Assembly: GCA_965234725.1 (NCBI GenBank)
Contig: CBDDUX010000110.1
Coordinates: 1-22,780 of the forward strand
Reading direction: 5' to 3'
Source: Thermoplasmatota archaeon
Lineage (GTDB): Archaea; Thermoplasmatota; Penumbrarchaeia; Penumbrarchaeales; Penumbrarchaeaceae
DNA length: 22,780 bases
Below, one piece after another: positions 16,287 to 22,780 of this stretch. The stretch's first letter is position 1, and the number at the start of each line of letters is the position of its first letter. The notes beneath the pieces were generated by a model. It had not been told where the DNA came from. It saw only the letters and a list, made by a program, of their open reading frames with translations, and did no database searches. Position numbers and translations under genes: made by a program.

Positions 16287-19200
16287 ATGGATCGGAGCTT
16301 TCAAGCTATCGTTCTCATTGTGTTGCTTTCTTTTTCTATTATCGATGTCGTTTCCGCTTTCCCAGAAGAAGATTCCAAGAACAAACTATGTAAGTCTCGA
16401 TCTTCCGGACCAATACTTATCAATGGAGACCAGGAACTTGAGAATACTTCAACATTCTTAAGTTGGCAAGGAAATGGAACCAAGAATGATCCATACATCA
16501 TGGAAGGCATGACAATAGATGGGATGGGGGGTGCCTTCTGCCTGCACATTACAAATACGGCAAGCCATCTAATGATAAGGAACTGCAACTTCGCCAATAC
16601 TTCTATTTCTAATAACATTGCGGGAACAGGCTCTGCTATCTTTCTTGATTCTATGAATGTGATGATCACTTCAAATTCCATTTCAAAAAGCGGGATCGGG
16701 ATCCGGATCGATCCTCAGAGTTCTGATCTGAATATCACAGACAACACCATCTCAGGATGCGGATATGGTTTGGTGATTACTGGAAATGGTTTGAATAAGA
16801 ACATCTATGGAAATATAATTAAGGAAAGCACATCGGACGGCATTCACCTCGATGATATCAGTAATCTGAACCTGGCTGACAACAATATATCCACATCAGG
16901 TGGAAGCGGCATAACACTGAACCAAGGTCGTGATAACACATTCCGATCAAATCAGCTTTATTTGAACGAAGAAAGCGGCATCCGTATCAACCACTCGTTC
17001 AATAACAGGTTCTATTCGAATGAAATGACCCGAACCGGGATCTTTCTGATGCAGGAGATGTATGGGGATCCAAATATCATAACTACCAATAATACAATTA
17101 ACGGGAGATCGATCCATTTCTTCTCTGGAAGGGACCTTAGAGACGTGGATCTGCCCAAGGAAGGAGGGCAGATCATATTTGAATCATGTTCTTACGGAGA
17201 ATTGAAAGGATCCAATATATCACACACCTATTATCCGATCCAGATGGCATTCTGCAATCAGATGATTGTCAAGAACTGCCACCTCATGGATATTCTGGGA
17301 TGTAGTATCACCATGGTGGACTCCGAGTCTGTAATCATCGAGGATTGTACCCTGGAAAATTGTAATGATGGAATTATTACGAAGAATGATCAAGGGGTCA
17401 TTTACAATCAGGCCATTTTCATACAGGACAATACCTTCTCCGAGATCGAGGGAAGTGCTCTGGTGATGAACGGAGGAATAGGAAACAAGGTCCTAAGGAA
17501 CGTTGTGGATCAAGCAGGAGTTGCTGGCTTTCATCTAACCAACACAAAGAACACAACGGTGATCTCAAATCTCATTTCCAATTCCGGTAAGGGTGTTCAC
17601 CTATCACATTCAGATAGTATCAGATTGATGGACAATGCGTTTTACCGTTGTGATGTCGGCCTCCTCGAGGATTCGGGTAACGGGTGCTCAAGCATTTACA
17701 ATAATATTTTCAGTGAGAACACGGGTTATTCCATCCACCTGGGTCCTTTTTGCAGTGGAGATAGGATATACAGCAATATATTTTCATCAAATAACGGAGT
17801 AGGGGTCGATCTTGATCCCAACCAGCTACAGGTCAAGGATGAGGGATGCCTTGGAATGTGGTATCATGAAGATGGATACGGCAACTACTGGAGCGATATG
17901 ATCTGTCCGGACTCCAATAAAGATGGGATGGTGGACCACCCATACCCGATTTCAGATGATTGCAAGGATGAATTTTCACTGGTGAACCATCCCTTTGAAC
18001 ATATTGCCCGACCCGGTAATTTAAAGGTAACATCTGGAAATGGATTCGTAAATATGGAATGGACAGAACCTGTTAGGAATATGGATTCCATTCACATTGG
18101 ATACAGGATATACAGGGAAAATGAAACGGAAACCTGGGATCTTATTAAGGAACTGGGACCTGAGGTACATTCTTACAATGACACAAAGATAGAAAACGAT
18201 GTTGACTACTGGTATTCCATCCGTTCCGTAAACAGGTTCGGCGAGGGAGGGAGATCAGGACCATGGCACGGAACTCCTGACGGGCAACCTCCGCTCATCG
18301 AAATTATTTACCCCAAGGATGGAACCTATATCGATTCTGTACATTTCAACGTGAAATGGAATTGTTCTGATAATGCAAGCGGGATCGGATCACTGATGGT
18401 CCAGTTGGACAATTTCTCCTGGGTTCCATTGGATGTGGGAAAGAAAACCCACCTATTTTCTCTTGTCAGTGAAGGTTCCCATGTCATCAGGATCCATGTT
18501 GTCGATAACGTTGGCAATCAGAATTCCCAAGAGGTCCATTTTATTGTTGATATTGACCTGCCTTGTCTGGAGATAGAGGTTCCGGCCAGGAATGGATATG
18601 AAAAAGGACCCAGCATCAACTTGACCTGGAAAGGTTGGGACGTTACTTCCGGAATAAGAAATTTCGATATAAGATTGGACAACGAAACATGGTTATGGGC
18701 GGGAACCGGACAATATTTCATCATCTCCGACCTGGACATGGGCCATCATTGGATAGATATTAGAGCTACCGACCAGGCGGGAAATATTCAGGTGGAAGGT
18801 GTTCCCTTTGAAATTGACTACATTTCACCGGATATACACATTATCGAACCAATTAATGGCTCCCGGTTCAACAGGGATAATCTGTTACTCAGATGGGGAT
18901 CCTCGGATATCGGTTCAAGGATCGGAGAAACAAGGGTCTATTTCAATATGGAACTTGTGAACCGTTCCGAGAATGGTCTGGAGCTTTTCATGGATGACCT
19001 TCAGCACGGATGGTATGAGATCAGAGTGGAGGTGGAAGACCTTGCAGGCAACCTAGATGTGGAAACTGTGATCATAATGATCGATCTGGTCTCCCCAACC
19101 ATATCACCGATCAACCCATTGGGGAGCAATGTGGCCCTCGACTCCAACATCACATTCTCCCTTTCTGAGCCAATGGATTGGTCAACCGTAATGGTCCTTC

Positions 19201-19949
19201 TCGATGGTGCTCAGTTGGATTGGTATAGGGACGGTTTGGTTATTTCGGCCGATAGGGACGTTGGTCTTTCCTTCGGTAGAACTTACAAGGTTGCTGTTGT
19301 GGGAAGGGACCTGGCAGGAAATGAAATTGAAGAAGGCACCTGGTCATTCGGTACAGATTTCAACTGCTCGGTAATTGTTCAAATTATTAACGAAAAGGGA
19401 TCCCCTCTGCCTGGAGCTCGGCTTACATTCAACACAGGAGAGGGATTTATTGCAGGACCTAACGGAAATGTAACCTTCACGGTACCATCCGGAGATTATG
19501 GAGTGACGTTATCAATGGAGGGATACAAGGAAAGAGTGATCATGATCACCCTTCTGCCCGGGGTCTTGAACGAACTTGATCCTATCGTGCTTGAAAGGAA
19601 TGAGGAGAAAATGGACGGCATCCTCAGCGGAACTGGAAAAGGACACATCTCATCAGGCTTGTTGGTGATCCTGGTGATATCATTGATACTGATATCAGCG
19701 ATCCTGATTATTTTGATCCTTATAATGAAAAGAAGAAACAACGGGCTCATAGGTGAAAAGGTAATTGATCCCTTCGAAGAAGTGGAGCAAATGAGATATG
19801 TGGCCGCTATAAAAGGGATCGATATCGCCACAATAGAATCCGATTATAAAAGGTCAGTTTTCCTAAGGAATGCTGGCCGGATGGAAGAAGCGGATATGGA
19901 GCTCAATAACTACAAGGCGATCCTAAGAGAATATATTGCAGAAAGATAA
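16287..19949 (+). CDS. Membrane-anchored surface protein: right-handed beta-helix (NosD-like) + FN3 + Ig-like repeats + carboxypeptidase-regulatory-like domain + TM
   Basis: Signal peptide from ATG 16287 (GGAGG SD), PILINGD...GNGTKNDPYI, many N.I.NN.I repeats, GNYWSD...DSNKDG.VD.PY, FN3 (WTEP..GYRIYR..YND..YWYSIRSVN..GEG), Ig repeats (D..P.I.I..P; D.AGN), TM LLVILVISLILISAILIILILIM-KRR. Confidence 0.9.
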   Translation: MDRSFQAIVLIVLLSFSIIDVVSAFPEEDSKNKLCKSRSSGPILINGDQELENTSTFLSWQGNGTKNDPYIMEGMTIDGMGGAFCLHITNTASHLMIRNCNFANTSISNNIAGTGSAIFLDSMNVMITSNSISKSGIGIRIDPQSSDLNITDNTISGCGYGLVITGNGLNKNIYGNIIKESTSDGIHLDDISNLNLADNNISTSGGSGITLNQGRDNTFRSNQLYLNEESGIRINHSFNNRFYSNEMTRTGIFLMQEMYGDPNIITTNNTINGRSIHFFSGRDLRDVDLPKEGGQIIFESCSYGELKGSNISHTYYPIQMAFCNQMIVKNCHLMDILGCSITMVDSESVIIEDCTLENCNDGIITKNDQGVIYNQAIFIQDNTFSEIEGSALVMNGGIGNKVLRNVVDQAGVAGFHLTNTKNTTVISNLISNSGKGVHLSHSDSIRLMDNAFYRCDVGLLEDSGNGCSSIYNNIFSENTGYSIHLGPFCSGDRIYSNIFSSNNGVGVDLDPNQLQVKDEGCLGMWYHEDGYGNYWSDMICPDSNKDGMVDHPYPISDDCKDEFSLVNHPFEHIARPGNLKVTSGNGFVNMEWTEPVRNMDSIHIGYRIYRENETETWDLIKELGPEVHSYNDTKIENDVDYWYSIRSVNRFGEGGRSGPWHGTPDGQPPLIEIIYPKDGTYIDSVHFNVKWNCSDNASGIGSLMVQLDNFSWVPLDVGKKTHLFSLVSEGSHVIRIHVVDNVGNQNSQEVHFIVDIDLPCLEIEVPARNGYEKGPSINLTWKGWDVTSGIRNFDIRLDNETWLWAGTGQYFIISDLDMGHHWIDIRATDQAGNIQVEGVPFEIDYISPDIHIIEPINGSRFNRDNLLLRWGSSDIGSRIGETRVYFNMELVNRSENGLELFMDDLQHGWYEIRVEVEDLAGNLDVETVIIMIDLVSPTISPINPLGSNVALDSNITFSLSEPMDWSTVMVLLDGAQLDWYRDGLVISADRDVGLSFGRTYKVAVVGRDLAGNEIEEGTWSFGTDFNCSVIVQIINEKGSPLPGARLTFNTGEGFIAGPNGNVTFTVPSGDYGVTLSMEGYKERVIMITLLPGVLNELDPIVLERNEEKMDGILSGTGKGHISSGLLVILVISLILISAILIILILIMKRRNNGLIGEKVIDPFEEVEQMRYVAAIKGIDIATIESDYKRSVFLRNAGRMEEADMELNNYKAILREYIAER

Positions 19950-19975
19950 ATGTGGCAGCTTAAAAAATGGGGAGA

Positions 19976-20302
19976 CTATCTGACCATTGTATATCTGTCG
20001 AGGAGCCTGCAGAGCTTCTTATGGGTCTCATCCGTCAGCTCTTTTTTATCAACCATCTCATCAAGGTAATCCTTTGCATCCGAGATGGACCTCTGCCGTG
20101 CTTTGGCTATTATCGAGGCTTTCAGAGATGGTTTGAGGTCATCTTCGATATCAGATGATTCCACTATCTCGTTGAGATCGTATTTGAAGTAATCAAGCTT
20201 TCCAAGGTGAAGCATCGGTTTACGGAGCCTCTCTCCGGGATTCTTCTTCTTTGTTGTGTATGATCCTTTCTTACCACCTTGATACTTCATTCTTCTGGCC
20301 AA
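19976..20302 (-). CDS. Small hypothetical protein with a Lys/Arg-rich N-terminal tail and a helical domain
   Basis: Fills the intergenic gap, TTG start with GGAG SD, protein-like composition. Confidence 0.8.
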   Translation of the reverse strand: MARRMKYQGGKKGSYTTKKKNPGERLRKPMLHLGKLDYFKYDLNEIVESSDIEDDLKPSLKASIIAKARQRSISDAKDYLDEMVDKKELTDETHKKLCRLLDRYTMVR

Positions 20303-20383
20303 ATCAAGAACTCCAAGGATTCAAAAGGGACGGTATTACTTATACATTTCTGAAATCTTGAAATCCGTGTCCTCGATCGTTGG

Positions 20384-21343
20384 TCACTCCAGCTCGGATA
20401 TGATCTCCCGAACGGCCTTTTCAAGTGTCTGTCTGGAATTCAGAACGTACATCCAACCCGTTGAGATCATCTTATCAACAGAAAGGGACATGAACTTTAC
20501 ATCACCTTTCCAACCAGCGCCTTTATGGCCTCCGGTATAGACCAATTCAACATCCTCCAAACCCATAGCCTCTGTAACTATGTTTGGTATCTCCCTGATA
20601 ACCACATGGTCCTTAGTCCCTAGATTGTAGTATTCGAAAGGCGTGGATTGCGTCCTTGTCGCATGGATGACCCCCTTAACACAGTCGGATACATGGATGT
20701 AGGATTTCCTCTGGTAACCATCCCCCAATATCTCAAGACGATTGGGGTCCTTCTTCAATTTGTGGTAGAAATCAAATAATATTCCATGGGTGGACCTAGA
20801 ACCCACCACGTTTGCAAATCTGAAGACCGATGATCTGATGGAGAAGTTATCAGAGAACGCTGAGATAAGGGCCTCCGCAGCCAGTTTGGATGCGCCATAT
20901 TGAGAAATGGGCATGAGAGGACCGTAATCCTCAGGGGTTGGAAGAACACTTGCATTTCCATATACAGTGGATGTCGATGTGAAAGTAAATGAAGCTGGAT
21001 CTCCGGGTCTTGCCTTCCTGATGGCTTCCAGGAGATTGTATGTTGCCAGTATGTTCTGCTCAACTGATACCCAGGTATTATCTGCTCCCACCCTGACATC
21101 CGGGTTAGCTGCCACATGATACACATGGTCCTTGTCCTTGAGAACCGAGATTAGGTCCTTATCAGAAACAAGGTCCCTCTGGAAGAAAGCAATATCATTC
21201 ATACAATGGGCCAGGAACTCCTTCTTCCCGCTGGAAAGGTCATCATAGACAGCCACCTCATGACCTTCTTTGAGAAGCGCATCCACCAGATGGGACCCGA
21301 TGAATCCAGCTCCGCCTGTCACCAGAATTTTCAGAGATTCCAT
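20384..21343 (-). CDS. NAD-dependent epimerase/dehydratase (UDP-glucose 4-epimerase-like extended SDR)
   Basis: TGGAGFIGSH, HVAANPDVR, STSTVYG, YGASK, RFANVVG, GDGYQRKSYIHVSD. Confidence 0.95.
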   Translation of the reverse strand: MESLKILVTGGAGFIGSHLVDALLKEGHEVAVYDDLSSGKKEFLAHCMNDIAFFQRDLVSDKDLISVLKDKDHVYHVAANPDVRVGADNTWVSVEQNILATYNLLEAIRKARPGDPASFTFTSTSTVYGNASVLPTPEDYGPLMPISQYGASKLAAEALISAFSDNFSIRSSVFRFANVVGSRSTHGILFDFYHKLKKDPNRLEILGDGYQRKSYIHVSDCVKGVIHATRTQSTPFEYYNLGTKDHVVIREIPNIVTEAMGLEDVELVYTGGHKGAGWKGDVKFMSLSVDKMISTGWMYVLNSRQTLEKAVREIISELE

Positions 21344-21363
21344 GAACGAAACTGGTCCGTATG

Positions 21364-21378
21364 TGATAAAAAGGTTCC
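21364..21378 (-). promoter_or_regulatory. Putative BRE/TATA element giving a leaderless epimerase transcript
   Basis: Minus strand GGAACCTTTTTATCA with the TATA-like part ~23-30 nt upstream of ATG 21343; no SD present. Confidence 0.55.
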
Positions 21379-21394
21379 TTCGATGTTCATGTTC

Positions 21395-22654
21395 TTAAGA
21401 ATTTTGTTCCTCATTAATCTTGGATACTTCCTTTGCTTTTTTCTTTGGATAGAGCTTTTCGATCTCCCCTCCACCCTTGATAAGGACCTTGCCCGCACCC
21501 TCCCAACCAGCCCTTGTTCCTTTGATACCTTCCCTTGTCAGAGAGGTGGCCAACTGGAACGATTGTGTGGTGGCCTTCTCACCAAAGGCCATGGTCCTAT
21601 CTACTGCCCCCTCTGCAATGTCATGGGCCTTGTCGATCTGTTTCCTTGAGAATTCCTTGGTATCCTTCTTCAGCTTCTTTCCGTCCTTTCCCATGAGCTC
21701 CATGGGCATGGTTGCTATCTCCAATCCGATATCGGTAAGGGTTCTGTTCCCTTCACGCATCAGCATCATGGATTCCCTGGTTCCCTTTAGCGCGAAATTG
21801 GTAGCCTTCCTCCTCTGTTCCTCTGCAATATCAAGGGCTTTCTCAGAAACATCAAGGGCCTGGGAGATCACCTTTGTCGTCTTCATCGCAGCCATTTTCG
21901 GATTCCTTATTGTGTAGACAATGAATCCGATTGCGATCAGAACGGCCACGAATTGAAGAATGTTCAGGTTCGACAGGAAGTAGATAACAGGGTTATCAGC
22001 CCCTAATATCCTTGTGAGCTGTTCGGAAAGTAGTGCAAATCCCGTTGATCCGATCGAAGATCCTATCGCTACAGCAAGTAGCACCTTGTATGGGGGAAGG
22101 CCCACGATCCTTCCGAAGACTGTCCCTCCCACACCACCGGAACCACTGAACGGGACAAATACGACAAATGTGGTGAGGAAGAAAGTCGCCTTTCCGAACC
22201 ATCTTGTCTTCGCAACCTTCTCCTTACCTTTTGCCTCGGTCCTTTCCAGGGATGGGCCCACGATCGGCAGCTTCTTCACCCAATCATAGTTCCAGATAAG
22301 AAAAAGGGAAACACAGATATCAATTGCTGATGTGGACATACCTGCCATCAGCCCCGGGACGCCATTTGAGACAGCCTTCGGGATCAGGGTTTCCTTTCCC
22401 GCAGGGGGAAGGGTATAGAACACCCATATATTGATCAGCTCCTTACTGACATCCCACCCCATCCAGATCGAGAGGAATGTCACTGTTGAAACAGCAATGA
22501 TAAGGAACAGGACCCAGGGGAAGAAGAAATGGAAAATCTTCGTGGTCCTGTCCTTCTTGTCAAGGTCTGTCTCAAGGAGTCTCCTCCACCAGGGCACAGG
22601 TCTTAGGGGCTTTTCATACCCCTGATCCTCAACCGGTGGAACGAACCCTTCCAT
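21395..22654 (-). CDS. Small multidrug export-like (COG2426-type) membrane protein fused to a long helical C-terminal region
   Basis: PPAGKETLIP, FVVFVPFSGSGGVGGTVFGRIVG and several TM helices, followed by ~170 aa rich in A/K/E/T. Confidence 0.7.
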   Translation of the reverse strand: MEGFVPPVEDQGYEKPLRPVPWWRRLLETDLDKKDRTTKIFHFFFPWVLFLIIAVSTVTFLSIWMGWDVSKELINIWVFYTLPPAGKETLIPKAVSNGVPGLMAGMSTSAIDICVSLFLIWNYDWVKKLPIVGPSLERTEAKGKEKVAKTRWFGKATFFLTTFVVFVPFSGSGGVGGTVFGRIVGLPPYKVLLAVAIGSSIGSTGFALLSEQLTRILGADNPVIYFLSNLNILQFVAVLIAIGFIVYTIRNPKMAAMKTTKVISQALDVSEKALDIAEEQRRKATNFALKGTRESMMLMREGNRTLTDIGLEIATMPMELMGKDGKKLKKDTKEFSRKQIDKAHDIAEGAVDRTMAFGEKATTQSFQLATSLTREGIKGTRAGWEGAGKVLIKGGGEIEKLYPKKKAKEVSKINEEQNS

Positions 22655-22780
22655 AACGGTTCAGAAGAAGGGAATTATTAATGATTATCGTAGGGAAGTC
22701 CCCAATTATCCATTCGATCTGAAGTTTCTAAATTCAGTACTTCACTAACTTTTTGAATCGATGTAAGGTACACTGGCCCA

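Noticed and set aside
5782..22625. Numerous short overlapping or antisense ORFs in the ORF track
   Set aside because: They lie within well-supported genes on the other strand or in another frame and show no recognisable motifs.

Overview
Archaeal chromosomal window, most likely Thermoplasmatota. This is inferred from the archaeal RFC small subunit, archaeal-type wHTH regulators, RpiB, a gingipain-like C25 peptidase and BRE/TATA-like promoters. The left ~3.3 kb is more AT-rich and accessory-like. It holds a secreted 7-repeat FG-GAP protein (partial, absent from the ORF track), a decayed and internally deleted copy of the 5' end of the neighbouring ABC-F gene, and a wHTH gene. The 3' end of that wHTH gene is interrupted by a 135-bp non-coding element with GGGG...CCCC terminal inverted repeats and a 14-bp target-site duplication, a geometry resembling casposon ends. 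The rest is gene-dense: ABC-F ATPase, membrane-anchored C25 peptidase with an Ig-like stalk, PrsW-family protease coupled to a 2-TM protein, a second wHTH, rpiB, rfcS, GNAT, SRAP/HMCES, bacterial-type rsgA, a beta-helix/FN3/Ig surface protein, a small basic protein, an NAD-dependent epimerase and a small-multidrug-export-like membrane protein with a long helical tail. No rRNA, tRNA, CRISPR array, transposase or reverse transcriptase was recognised.
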